DNA from: Neocallimastix sp. 'constans' | Taxonomy: Eukaryota | Length of the DNA: 64,000 bases | NCBI GenBank assembly: GCA_050613775.1 | Contig: JBODTK010000127.1 | Span: forward strand, 124,001-188,000 | Direction of reading: 5' to 3' | Shown: positions 1 through 13,860 of the stretch, one piece after another | How positions within the stretch are numbered: the first letter of the stretch is position 1 | Layout: each line of letters begins with the position of its first letter | Translations under genes and position numbers: made by a program | Notes under the pieces: model-generated | Seen by the model: only the letters and a program-made list of their open reading frames with translations | What the model was told of the DNA's origin: nothing | Database searches by the model: none

Positions 1-1383
1 GATCGTTTTAACTGTTTTTCAATTATAATAAAAGTAAAAATAATATAAATATTTATAACGTAATAATAAAATCATCATAGAAGTTTATATATATTTCAAA
101 TAATAAATAATATTTAATATTCTAATTTCTTTAATTTATAATAAAAAAAAATAATATAATATATAACAGCATACATATTTATTCATCATAAAATATTTAA
201 TTTTCACAATTGAATATTATAAGCAAATACAACATATATTTAATAATATTATGTTATATGAGTAACAAATACTTTTTATAATATTATTATATATAATACA
301 ATTTATCCCATTTTCGGAAAACTTCAAAAGTTAAAATACTATCAGTTTTTTTATTTACAAAAAGAAAAAGTTTATAAACAAGATATATATTATATATTAA
401 AGTAATAAGAATTTAGAAAAATAATAAAGAAAGAAGAAAGAAAGAAGAAAGAAAAATTAAATAAATTAATATAATAAAGTTAGATCAAAAATCAAATAAA
501 ATAATTTTAAAATACAATAATACATTTAAAATTATAATTAATTAGAATATTTAAAGAAGTAAAACAAAATATCAGTATAAATATTAGGTAAATATTTAAT
601 TTATATTATTTATAAATCATTTATTTTGAAAAGTATTTTTTAATTATTATTTGATGTTTTAATAATATATTGAAAGTATATAAACTAAATAAGAGATATT
701 TATTCAATAAATAAAAGGTTTATTTGAATTTAGATTGAATTATCGAATTGTTTAGATTAATATAAAAATTATTATGTGAAGAAGCAAAAAATAAGTAATA
801 AATGGATAGTAGAATGAAAGAAAAGAATTTTATTTTTTAAATCTTATAATAGAACTTATGTTTAAAAAAAATAAAAATAATAAAAAAGCAAATGACTTTA
901 ATTATCTAAGAAGTAATTTGATATATATTTATAATAAAGATAATTGAAAAAATCAATATTATTACTAATAATATAAAAATAATAAATTTCATTTCTAATG
1001 AAATGCTGTACGTAAATAAAATTGTCAATTACAATAAAATTAATTATTTTAACAATAAAATAGTATAAATTTATATATATGATTATAATATAGTTTATTA
1101 TTATATATATAAGCTTTAATATAAAAAATTTTTAATAAATTAAACATTTAACACACAATACACAATAATAATATAAAACAATATATATTTAATATTAAAA
1201 ATAATTATCTTGCTAAATAAGTATTGTTTCAATATAAGGATAAAAAATACAAATAATATTATTTAAAATTATGAGAAAAAGATAATAAATTTTTAGTTAT
1301 TAAAAAATATCACCTTTTTTTGTTTTTTTTTTTTTATATATATATTTTCAAAAAAAATAAAAATAAAAAATAAAAATAATTAG

Positions 1384-4300
1384 ATGTCAAATTTTGGATA
1401 TAGTAATAATCAATATACAACAGGTTCTTTTAATTATTTACAACCAAATAGTGTAGAAGACGACAATAATTCAAGTAAGTAGTATTGAATAAATATAACT
1501 TTTATTTTTTTTTAGTATTATAATAGTAAATGTATTTTTAATCAATATTATAATTAATTATAAAAAAAATAAACAAATTACTAATTTATTTTATATTTAT
1601 TACTTAATTTAAGTTGTATATCCTGAATCTACAATATCTGTAAAACCACTTATTGATAATAATACAAACAGTAATTAGTTCTATTTAGTAAATATATAAT
1701 AATTGTTAAAAAAAAAAAACATATTTAATAATTAATAATATTTATTATTATTTAGAGCAATTAGAAAATAATTATACATTAAATAATAAAACACAGCCTG
1801 ATTATATTGAATTAAACGAAGTAAATACAACAAGAATTGTAACAAATAAAATGAGTTCAAGTAATCAACAATATCATTCTCCAACAAATACAAGTTTTTC
1901 CGAACTACCGAAAAGTCCTACTAGGCAATCAGTAACTTTGGAAAATAGAACAAATAAAAGAAGACCTATGTCAATAGCATCTAGAACTTCAAGATTAAGC
2001 CGTGTAAGTACCTTAAGTAGAATATATCAAAATGAACAAGTAGGTCGTGCTATCTATGTTAATTCTACGAAGCAATCTAAAAATTTTGATAATAAAAAGA
2101 AAAGAACAAAAAGAAAAGGTGAATTTATTACGAATATTGTAAGAACAGCTCGTTATACTATCGCTAACTTCCTTCCAAAGCAACTTGTAGCTCAATTTTC
2201 AAAATTAGCAAATGTTTATTTCTTATTTATTTCAGTTCTTCAAGTTATTCCAGATCTTTCTCCAACTGGTAGGTTTACCACTTTGGCACCATTATGTCTC
2301 TTTGTTGCATTAGCTATGCTTCGTGAAGCATATGATGATTATCATCGTCATAAACAAGATAATATGGAAAATAATTGTATTGCAAAAAAATTTTTCAAGT
2401 ACGCCAATGGAAAATATGAATGGCGAAATATTCCATGGAAAGAAATTAGTGTTGGTGATGTTATTTATATTGGTAATAATGAACAGATTCCAGCTGATGT
2501 TGTTGTATTGGCTTCTAGTAATGATAAAGGTATTTGTTTTATCGAGACTGCTTCATTAGATGGTGAAACCAATTTGAAACAACGTCAAGCTTTAAAAGAA
2601 ACCACTGATTTAATTTATGATGAAGAAACCTTAAATGATTTTAGTTGTAAAATACAATCCGAATCACCACATGAAGATCTTTACAATTTTGATGGTTATG
2701 TAGAAATTTATGATAGTAGCGAACAAGAACGTGTACCATTAACTATATCACAACTTTTACTACGTGGTGCTACATTGAGAAATACAAACTTTATTTTTGC
2801 TGTGGTTATATTCACCGGTGAAGAAACACGTATTCGTTTAAATGCTAGTAAAGGTATTCGTACTAAAAGTCCCGCATTGGATAAGTTCACTAATAAAATC
2901 GTGGTTTCTCTTTTCATTGCAGTTCTTGGTATTGGTTTGATTACTTTATTAATGTCATTATATTGGAATAAAACTCATAAACCAGGACCAAACGCACATT
3001 GGTATTTAAAACCGGAAGGTAGTAAACCTAGCGCATTTAGACAATATTTAACTGACACTGTACTTTTCAATACACTTATTCCAATTTCTTTATATGTAAC
3101 ACTTGAAATTACTAAATTAGTACAAGTATATTTCATGAATAATGATTTAGAAATGTATGACGAAGAATCAGATACTCCATGTGAAGCAAGAACTTCTTCA
3201 TTAAATGAAGATTTAGGTCAAGTACGTTATGTATTTTCGGATAAAACAGGTACTCTCACCGAAAATCGAATGGTTTTCAAAAATATGAGTATTGGTGGTG
3301 TTTCATATCTTCATGAATTTAATAATACTAAAAATATGGATATAGCATCTTCCAAGGCTAAAAATAGTTCTAATGAATCTCTCTCAAAATATAATAATAA
3401 TCAATTTAATCGTTCTGAATCTCCTTTAACACTTTCTACATCTAATAATGACTTAGAGAATTATGATACTGGTAACATAACTTCAAGTATTCAAGAAAAT
3501 TCTGTAAGGACTGAAAAACTTATTAATGATTTAATGATAAATAACGGTAATTGGACTGATAAGCAAAATGAAGTTATTGATTTCTTAATTGGTATGGCGT
3601 TATGTCATTCTGTAGTACCAGAAAATCAAGATAAAAAAAAGGAAAATGCGGAAAATGAATGCTTAAGAACTTCATTAGCCAGAATTGATTACAATCCTAA
3701 TGATATAAATGATGATAATAATCAATCTGAAGATTTTAATTATAATGATAATTTCCACATCACTTATCAATCATCATCTCCTGATGAAATGGCTTTAGTA
3801 ACAGCTGCTCGTCAAATGAAAGTTATTCTGACGGATAAATCTATGACAGATATATCATTAAATATTTTAGGTCAACATGTTGATACACAATACCGACTAT
3901 TAAATACTATTGAATTTTCTTCTGCACGTAAAAGAATGTCAACAATTTATGAATACCCAGATGGAAGAATTATGATTCTTTGTAAAGGTGCCGATTCTGT
4001 TATTCTTGAAAGATTAAAGAATCGTGAAGATATGACAGAAGATGAAAGACGTGTTCTTGACATTACAAATGATCATTTAACTCAATATTCTATTGAAGGT
4101 TTACGTACTCTTCTATATGGTATCAGAGAAATTTCTTTAAAGGAGTATGAAGAATGGCTTAATATTTGGAATGAAGCATCTACTGCATTAACCGAACGTT
4201 CTGAAAAAATAGCTAAAGCTGCTGAAGTGATTGAAACTGATTTTTCTTTATTAGGTGCCACTGCTATTGAAGATAAATTACAAAAAGATGTTCCAAAAAC

Positions 4301-5894
4301 AATAGAAAAATTAAGAGAAGCTGGTATTCATGTTTGGATGTTAACTGGTGATAAAAAAGAAACAGCATTTAATATTGGTATGACTTGCAGAATTATAAAG
4401 GAAAACAGTATTATATTCAGAGTAGAAGGTAGAAATATTACTGAAATTAGTCAAGTAATGGATAAAGCCCTAGAAGATATTGAAAATATTAAGATTAATA
4501 ATAAGAAAAGGAGAAATTCGGATCATACAGTTGTAATAATAGATGGTGACAGTCTTTTAAAGATAGAAAGAGATGCTGAAACACAAGCTAGATTAAGTGA
4601 TAATAATGCTAAAGAATCTGATTCTAAAAAGAAAAAGATCGAAATTCATAGAAAATTACCAACCGGTAATTTATTAAAATTCCTAGATTTAAGTTGTCGT
4701 GCTGATTCAGTAATATGTTGTCGTTTCTCTCCTTCTCAAAAAGCATTAATTGTTGCAAGTATTCGTAACATTTTAATGAAAAATCCTACTTTTGCCTCTA
4801 GTGGTGAATATTCAAAGAATTCTTCTGCTGTTACATTGGCTATTGGTGATGGAGCCAATGATGTTCCTATGATTCAAGCAGCTCATGTTGGTGTAGGTAT
4901 TACTGGTCGTGAAGGTTTAGCTGCAGCAAGGGCTTCAGATTATTCCTTTGCTCAATTCCGTTTCTTGCAACCTCTTCTTTTAATTCATGGTCATTATGAT
5001 TATATCCGTGTTTGTCGTTTTCTTTTAGGTACATTCTATAAATGTACAGCATTCTATATTACTCAATTCCTATTCCAAATTTTCTGTGGTTGGAGTGGCA
5101 CAAGTTTGTATGAACAATGGACTCTTTCATTATATAATGTTTTATTTAGTTCCATTCCAGTATTAATTGTGGGCGCATTAGAAAAAGATGTTGAAAAGGA
5201 AACTCTTTTAGCCAACCCAAAACTTTACCAATATGGACAACATAATTTAGCATTAACATGGAAAACTTTTTGGCGTTGGTTAATTCAAGGCCTTTGGCAT
5301 TCAATATGTTGTGTTTTTATTCCATTTATCCTTTATAATGGTTTTACTCCGTTACGAACTACTAAATACTATGATAATGTTGTTGATGCTAACGGAATGA
5401 TAACATATTTCAAAAAAGAAGGATTAGCATGGAATATTAAGAAATTATTTAATTCTGATGGAGCTATGAATTTACAAGATAATTCTTTATTCTTTTTAGG
5501 TACTGTTGTTTTTACTTCTGCTGTTTTTGTTGTTACCATAAAGATTTGTTATATTGAAAATCATAATCATACTATCTTTACACATTTAGCTGCATTCCTT
5601 TCACTATTTTTCTGGTTTGGTTGGAACTTTATTTACTATAGATTTGGTCATATAATTAATTTTGGTGAAAATGTTCATTACTTATGGTATAATGTATTTA
5701 GTTCACCTGCAATGATAATACAAGCATCTTTAACTGTATTAATTACAGTAGTTACTGCTATTCTTATTTGTGACTATTCATTTGCAGTTATATGGAGTTG
5801 GTTTGATCTTGATAAGAATCGTGGTAGTGAAAGTTTAGATATTGAATTATGTCAACGTTGGGAAAAGAATATTAGAAAACGTCGTCATTATTAA
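1384..5894 (+). CDS. DNF3: P4-type ATPase (phospholipid flippase), DNF3-like; exons 1384-1474, 1614-1670, 1756-5894
   Basis: ORF 1851-5894 has DGETNLK, SDKTGTLT (phospho-Asp), KGADS, MLTGDK, CCRFSPSQKA, AIGDGANDV and hydrophobic C-terminal helices. Introns 1475-1613 (GTAAGT...TACTAAT...TAAG) and 1671-1755 (GTAATT...TTAG) join ATG 1384 in frame with the long ORF. DNF3 subfamily is a recollection-based call from motifs such as GTSLYEQWTLS. Confidence 0.9.
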
Positions 5895-6156
5895 AGAAAA
5901 ATAATAATATATATATCTTTGTGTAGATAAAGTAACAACTACAAATTATTAAGAATCAGAGGAAAATAAAAAATAAAAAAGAAATAAAATAAGCAAAATA
6001 AAAATAAAAAAAAAAAAAAAATAAAAAAAAAAATATTTATATATAATTCAATATAATAATATATATAATATTTACTTTTATGTATAAAAAAATTTTACTA
6101 AATATCATTTTTCATTCATATTTTATCGTTATCTATTTAAAAATATATACATCAAA

Positions 6157-6204
<48 letters not shown>

Positions 6205-6437
6205 AAAAGAAAAAAGAAGAAAAAAAACAATAAATTATTACAATAATATATATATTTATATTATAAATATTTAATTATAAATCAATATTTAAATTTTTTC
6301 TTTATTTTTTAGTAAATTTCTTTTTTTTTTTTTTTTTTTCTTTCTTTGTTTCTATTTTTGTTTTTATTATAATTATCAGAAAAATAAAAGAATAAAAGAA
6401 ATATATATTAAGTAAAAAGAAATAATAATAGTAATAA

Positions 6438-6481
<44 letters not shown>

Positions 6482-6759
6482 AAAAAATTGTTGTTGTAAA
6501 AAGTAGTAATAGAGAAAAAAATATCAATTATTAATAAATAAATACAATATAAGAAAATACAAGAAAAGAGAATTAAGATTAATTGAAAATTTTTTTAGAT
6601 AAATAATTATTTAAAATACAAAAAATACTTCGTAATTTATTTTAAAGTAAACGTACTAATAATGAAAATATAATACTTTTTTATATTTCTTCAATAAATA
6701 TTATTAGAAAAAAACATTAGATTTATCAAATTAATAAAAATTACAAATTAGAATTAAAA

Positions 6760-6922
6760 TTAAAATAAAAATAAAAATAAAAATAAAAATAAAAATAAAA
6801 ATAAAAATAAAAATAAAAATAAAAATAAAAATAAAAATAAATAAAAATAAAAATAAAAATAAAAATAAAAATAAAAATAAAAATAAAAATAAAAATAAAA
6901 ATAAAAATAAAAATAAAAATAA
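6760..6922. repeat. (TAAAAA)n hexamer microsatellite
   Basis: Directly visible tandem repeat; explains the FL/FI/FY pseudo-ORFs at 6731-6953. Confidence 0.95.
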
Positions 6923-7336
6923 AAAGAAGCAATAAATAACAAACAATAAACAATAAACGATAAAATAAAAGTAAAAATAAAAAATTTTTTAAAAAAAAAG
7001 AATAAAAATAATATTTCTAAAACAAAAGTTATTAATAAAAAATAAATTTATAGATAAAAATATAAAATATTAAACGGAAATAATAAGTAATAAAATATAA
7101 TAAACAAAAAAAAAAAAAAAAAAATAAAAAATAATTATAAAAAAAAATATAAATCATCAATAAAAAAATTATTCATTTTATTTAGAAATAGTAATTATAT
7201 AATTTATAATTAAATGTAAATTCCATAAATAATTATTTAATATATATTATATTTTTAAAGTTATTTTTTATTTTAAATTAATTATAATTGATGGAAATTC
7301 CATAAAGTAATACAATAATTTTTTTTTTAATTAATG

Positions 7337-7470
7337 TTATGGAATTTATGGTTTATAATTATGTCAACTTAATTATTCAACTTAATTATTCTAAATTAAA
7401 TACTTTAAGGCTATTACATTGTGGCTTGTTTACTATCTTTATTATAATATATTTCAATACATTTGAAGCT
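7337..7470 (+). repeat. Dispersed repeat copy 1 (GGAATTTATGGTTTATAATTATG... family, probable transposon end)
   Basis: Aligns by eye with 8665-8823 (direct) and 13025-13205 (inverted). Confidence 0.65.
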
Positions 7471-8664
7471 AAATTTTCATATATTTCACATACTCTAACA
7501 TTCCCCATTAAACCTAGTTATTCGATAATGAATAAATTGGTTTGCTGTCGAATATGTGAATATAAAACTCTCCTATTTTATAATATTAACTTGATAATGT
7601 AAAACTATTAGTTATTTCTATTCTAAATTAACCTTTTATTTTACATGAATAAAATATTTTTATTTTATATTAATTTTTTTAATTCGATTTAAATACTTTT
7701 AAAATATTTTCTTAAATATATTTGTAATCTTATAATTTCCCCTTAAAATAAAGTATCTAATATTATATTATACCATTTATATTAGATATATCAAAAACAC
7801 CTTTTATAATATATGGTTTTTTTACCATTTATATGATGGAAACCTTTCTCTTGATGGGTGATATTATGTCATTTCAATTTGTATGAATACCTCTTTTATA
7901 TTGGTTTTCACATCTCTTTCAATTATAATCAGCTTTGAAGATTAGCACTAACTTTTATATAATTTCACTTTAGTTTTAGTGATAACTATTAAAAAATTGT
8001 TATATATAAGTGTAAATTATAATTAGAATCTTGGAGTATTAAAATTGATTACACTTATAACTAATTATATTATTCTATACATTTAAACTTATTAGTAAAT
8101 AATGTAAATTGTTTTATAATTTAATAATATTTAATATTTCAGTTAATTTCTTTTTGTTTGCTAATTTTTACTATTTTGGGCTATTTTTATTCATTTCCAA
8201 AAAAAGGATGAGTTTTAATTTTTAGCACAAAGAATCAGTTAAGTAACTTCCCTTTAATGTTTACTTTATTTTATTTTTCCTATTTCCCCCTAATATCCAT
8301 ATTTCCAAAAAAAAAAAAAAAAGAATTTTATATATACGAATTTTCTCAGCATTAAAATATTAATAATTGAAGTTTAATAATTATAAATACTTTACAATCA
8401 ATAAATATAAATTATAGATGGATAAACGACATCTATTTGTATATAGCTCATGGTTATATTTATTATTTTATTATACCTTTCATCATGAAGGAATGTATTA
8501 TGATTATATTAATTTAATAATATCATTGTTAGAATGCAACTATTTTACTTAGGAATTACCATCTTCAGTAAATTGAGCATCTTTATTCATAATTTAAAAT
8601 TCCAGTTTATTTTTCTTTGATATAATATTGTCTCTGGTGAACGATTCTTTTTCTAAGAATCATT

Positions 8665-8823
8665 TTAAGAGTCAGGAATTTATGGTTTATAATTATGACA
8701 ACTTTAATAATATATTTTATGTTGAAGAGTTGCTAGTACTTAATTATTCTAAATATTTTTTATACTATTACATTATGGCTTGTTTACTATTTATATTATA
8801 AAATATTTTTATACATTTAAAGC
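8665..8823 (+). repeat. Dispersed repeat copy 2
   Basis: Shares GGAATTTATGGTTTATAATTATG, ACTTAATTATTCTAAA, CTATTACATT.TGGCTTGTTTACTAT and ATACATTT.AAGC with copy 1. Confidence 0.65.
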
Positions 8824-9219
8824 AAATGAACAATAAATAAATAATTAAATAAATAATTAAATAAATAATTAATTAATTATTTAATTATTAAATTATTTAT
8901 TTATTTATTTAAATTTTTAATTTCTACATTTTAAGTATAATTAAAAATAAATTAAAAATAATTTAGTAATAATATCAAAAATAATTTAGTAATAATAAAA
9001 AATTAAATATTTACTCTTTCAAACGTTGTGTTAATCAAATTTCATAATATATATATTTATGAATAATAATAATATATAATAATATTAAATATTTTGTATT
9101 GTATATATATAGATTTTTTATTTGATTTAAAATTGAAATTTTTTATAAGAAAAATAAAAATATAAAAGAATAACATTAATTTATAAAACATTAAAAAAAA
9201 ATAAAAAATTTAGAAATAA

Positions 9220-9250
<31 letters not shown>

Positions 9251-9254
<4 letters not shown>

Positions 9255-10996
9255 TAAATAAGGAAACAATTGAAATTAAAAAAGAAATTAAAAAAGAAGT
9301 AGATGATTTGGAATTGAAATGTCACTACAATTCTAAGATACATCCTATATTAAATTTTTTTAATATTCTTTATTATTCCTCAACCGAATCTGAAAAAAAT
9401 TCAACAGTTTTTCCAATTTTAGGCCAGTTTTTAGTTGAAAAGGGAGTGAGTGAGAATATACCTTATAATTCTAATGTATCAAGTATTCATTATAATGAAT
9501 TAATATTTTTATGCATGGACATTTATGATTCTTTATTAATTGATAAAATAAAATTAATTACGATTGATAAATATTTATCAATATTTGGTAAAAGAATAAA
9601 TGGTGATATAATTTGTACTTTGTTCACTATTTTCAATTTAGGTTATATTCTTTACGATGACCAATGGTATCATTTTAATGAAAATTATCATGGTTGGAGA
9701 ATTATTACTGATATGGAAATTTTACAAGAAATGAATGTTAATTTAGTATGCAGTATATTAAAAAAATGTAATATGGTGAATTATACTATTGATTTAACTA
9801 AGATTTCACAATATATTAATATTGGAAATATTAGTAGTAAATCTGTAGATCGCATGAGATCAAATTTATTTTTATCAGGATTTAAAAATAAATTAGATAA
9901 AAAGCCTATTTTACGATTTTTAGATTGTGTCTATGATTTTGAATTAAAATCTTCCAGACCAGGAAGGCCTAATGATTTTTGTTCAAAAGGAACGGGATAT
10001 TGCTATGCTGATGTTGAAAACCCAAAAAATGGTTTAAAAAAAGTTATGAAGTTCTTAGAAGATATTTTTGTGGATGAAGAACTAATTGATTACATTTTAA
10101 AAATTTTAGCATCCACTCTAACACCTGGTAATAAATTACGTTCATTACTTTTTTTCATTGGAAATGGTCGTAATGGTAAAACAGCATTAGCTAATATTCT
10201 AAAATTTGCATTAGGAGAATATGCTGCTATCCCTAACGTCTCTTTATTTTTAGGCAAATCAGTAAGTTCAGATAAGGCTAATCCTCATATGGTGGAATTA
10301 AATAATGCTCACTTAGCAATATGTGAGGAACCAGATGGTAGAAGTGTCTCTATTACTGGTGATGCAAAAGCTATTACTGGTAATGTTGGTTATATTAAAG
10401 CAAGAAGTTTATATAAAGATTTAGAAAATATTTTCATTGATTTATTACCTATTATCAATACTAATGATAAACTAACAATAAATAACGTCGATACCGCATT
10501 AATGGATAGAATTATAGTAATACCATTTACACAAAGATTTATACCAAAATATATGGGATCAAAAAGAGAAGAAAATGAAAAATTTGCAGATATTCTCTGG
10601 CAAGGAAATCATTCTAAAATATTTGCCCCTGCTTTTATGAAACTTTTATTAGATCATTATCAAAATGATTATACCAATTTAACACCACCAAAAAAAGTTT
10701 ATGATGCAACTTATGAATTTATCTTACGTGGTGATCATCCTGGTCGTTTTATAAAGCAAAGACTTTGTTATACTGGTAATGAACAAGACAAAATAAAGTT
10801 AGAGGACGTTTATATCATTTATAAAAAATGGTATAAAAATTATGTCAATGGTGGTGTTTTTCACTATACTACAGAAGATCTAAGATTAGATTTTGCTAAA
10901 TATAAAGTTTATTTTGAACAAATTTCAAATTCAACTTCAAAAGAAAATAAATGTCCCCAAACTGTAGATATTTTAAAAGGATATAAATTTTACTAA
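9251..10996 (+). CDS. D5-like superfamily 3 helicase (poxvirus/NCLDV D5 or P4-phage primase-helicase type), no recognisable primase catalytic domain
   Basis: Intact intronless 581 aa ORF. D5_N-like segment (LRFLDCVYDFELKSSRPGRPNDFCSKGTGY), Walker A GNGRNGKT, Walker B AICEEPD, KARSLY, motif C IINTN, arginine-finger region DRIIVIPF. Confidence 0.88.
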
Positions 10997-11919
10997 TATA
11001 TATAGGAAATGAAAATAGGAGTATCAATTTTTTTTTAAACAACTGTTTTATTCAGATAAAAATTTTTTTTTTACAATATATAGTTTTAAAATATATAAAT
11101 ACATATAAATTTAAATATGAATATGAATATAAATATAAATATTAAAAAATTAAAACTAAAATTAAAATTAAAATTAAATATAAAATAAATATATATAATA
11201 AAAAAATTATTATTATTATTAAAATAATTGATATATTTTATCTATCTATTATCTATCTTTTTATTTATCTAATTATTCATTTATTCACTTATTTATTTAT
11301 TTATTTATTTATTTATTTTCTACCTTAATTTTAAAGAGAATCATTATTCCCAATTCTATTATTATTAAAATTATATATATATAAAAATAAGAAATTAAAT
11401 TCATAATATACAAAATTCCTTACTAATGTTATACCTATTGTGATTAGTAATTTTTACACTATTATCAATTTTAATACCACTAGACCTACCTTTGTTAAGA
11501 GCCTCAACGTCGAAAAGACAAGGCAAAGAAGAAATTTTGATGCAGATTCGAATGATAATTTTATCTACATAGAGTTATCGTCAATGAATAAGAAGAATAA
11601 GACGTCATTTCGTCCTTGAAACTCATAAGGTAGTTTTTTAATTTTAATATAAAAAATTTCATGCATTTTATTTTTATGTATTTTTTAATAAATATTATTA
11701 AATAAAGTTTATTCCTAATCAAAAATAAAAAAAAAAAAAAAAATAATAAAAAAAAATTCATATTGAAAGTTTGATTTATTAAAATTAAGAAGTATTAGAA
11801 ATTAAAATCTAAAAATTGAAATTATAAAATTATAAAATTATTGTAAAAAATAAGTAAATAAATAAAATAAGAATTGTAGAAATAATAATATATCTATAAA
11901 AGTAATAAATAATAATAAA

Positions 11920-12990
11920 ATGAATAATATACATGAAGATGAAGTAGACACATTTTTATATGATGAAGGAGATAATACTGGTAATTATATATTATAAAAT
12001 AATGAAATTTTTAATAACTATATTGCAAAACATATATAAATACTTATTTATTAGATATTAAAAATTATAAATCATTTTAAGTTTCAAATTAATATTAAAA
12101 TATTATATTTTATTACGGAAATGTATTATATAATAAAAAAATAATAAAAAATAATAAAAATAAAAATAAAAATTGGATAGGATATTGAAATTATTATGAA
12201 TCAGTAACAACAACTAGATCAGAAGTATTTTATATTTGTTTTAATTTTTTTTTCTTCGATTTAATTAGTTAATACTCCTAAATTTATTATTAAATACTTT
12301 AAAAGAAAAATATATTGCAATTTAATAATCCAATTTCAAAGGGTAATACTTATAATTCACATCTAATTAATATATATTATAAAAATTAGCATTTATATTC
12401 AAACAAAAACCGATTTATATATTTATAAAATTTTATTAATACTTATTTTAAACAAAAAGTGGATTAAGAAAAAGTACAACTGATATAAATGCATCAGGAC
12501 AATATGAAGGTCAAAATATTTATGATATTGATTTAGATTCTTTTGAAGAAAAACCATGAAGAAAGCCTGGTATAAATTAATATATATAATTATTTTAATA
12601 TAGTATAGAAGCATAAAATTAATTACGAAATAAAAATTTTAAATTTTATTTAACAATATAAAGATTCTGATATTACAGATTATTTAATTATGGTATTAAT
12701 AAACAAACTTGGAGAGCATTTTGTCTTAATTAAAAACAAATAAGAGAAAAATCTAATCTTTTAATGTAGTAATCAATTAATAAAAAAATTTTTAATATAT
12801 AAATACCATAAATAATATATTATTTAATGATAATCAAAAAATAATTAATAATAAAAATAAAAAATAATAAAGAATAAAAAAAAAAAGGTATATGAATCAA
12901 GATCTAAAGAACATGAGTTAGGTTTTGGTAAATAACGATCAACAATGAATAAATCAGGAAGAGAAGGTTTTATTAATGAAAATTCCAGGA
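11920..12990 (+). pseudogene. FIP1: FIP1 (pre-mRNA 3'-end processing factor) pseudogene with introns
   Basis: Exon pieces: MNNIHEDEVDTFLYDEG (11920), DIEIIMN (12181), DINASGQYEGQNIYDIDLDSFEEKP*RKPG (TGA at 12557-12559 in place of W), SDITDY/NYGINKQTWRAFC (frameshift ~12683). Matches the Fip1 motif DLDSFEDKPWRKPGAD.SDYFNYGF.E.TW..YC. 3' end approximate. Confidence 0.85.
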
Positions 12991-13024
12991 TAAATTCAAT
13001 TAATTATAAAGCAAAGGAAGGTGT

Positions 13025-13205
13025 CAAATGTATTTAATGTATTGATAAGTATATTATATTAAATTAAATGTATAAGCCACATATTATCCATATAAATGCA
13101 TGTAAACTTTTAGAATTATAGTTTGAGTAATTTTTGAGAAACTCTTTATAATTATGTCAATTTTATTAATATATTTTATGATAACTATAAATTCCTAACT
13201 TTTAA
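13025..13205 (-). repeat. Dispersed repeat copy 3 (inverted relative to copies 1 and 2)
   Basis: Reverse complement reads AAAAGTTAGGAATTTATAGTT...AAGAGTT...AATTCTAAA...TGTGGCTT...TATAATATA...CAATACATT, collinear with copies 1 and 2. Confidence 0.55.
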
Positions 13206-13829
13206 CAGAATAAAATGATATACATAAATTATTAGAAAAGTAGATATAAAAAAATTATGGAAAATTAACCAAATTTTAAAAAAAAAAAATTATTATTAAA
13301 CTGAATTAAATTTATATTTAATTCAGAATATGTAGATTAAATCTTATCGAACTTATAAAAAATTTTTTTATTCCAAAATTTTGAGAATTTTATTATAATT
13401 AATGAAATAGAATTATTTTAAAATAGATGTAGTAGTATTAAAAAAAGTACAAAAAAAAGTACAAAAAAAAAAAAAAAAAAAAAAAAAAATTAGAATTATT
13501 ACTTTAAATATAATTAAATATTTATATATATTAAATAATATCATATATTGTTGTAATTAAAAGTTTCTAAAAAATAATAATTAAAAATATAATCTTATAA
13601 TATTAGAGATTATTATAGCAAATTAAACAGAAAATTACGTTTCTATTTTTATTTATTAAATTGTAATTTTGTTAACTTCATGATAAATTATAATTAAATT
13701 AAACATAAGGTTGAAATCTTAATTTTACAATAATAAATAATATATTTTGTTATAAGCGATTTTTAACATATTAAATAATATAATAAAAATTAAACAAAAT
13801 AAAAATTAAACAAAATAAAAATAAAATAA

Positions 13830-13860
<31 letters not shown>

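Noticed and set aside
6731..6953. Hydrophobic FL/FI/FY ORFs (also 13790-14125, 38441-38892, 56656-57051)
   Set aside because: Translations of simple repeats.
7470..8650. Possible decayed minus-strand transposase between repeat copies 1 and 2
   Set aside because: Coding-like patches (e.g. YNHEL) but stops in all frames and no assignable motif set.
11400..11761. Small minus-strand ORF or second viral gene next to D5
   Set aside because: Slightly GC-richer patch, but only short broken frames and no recognisable motif.
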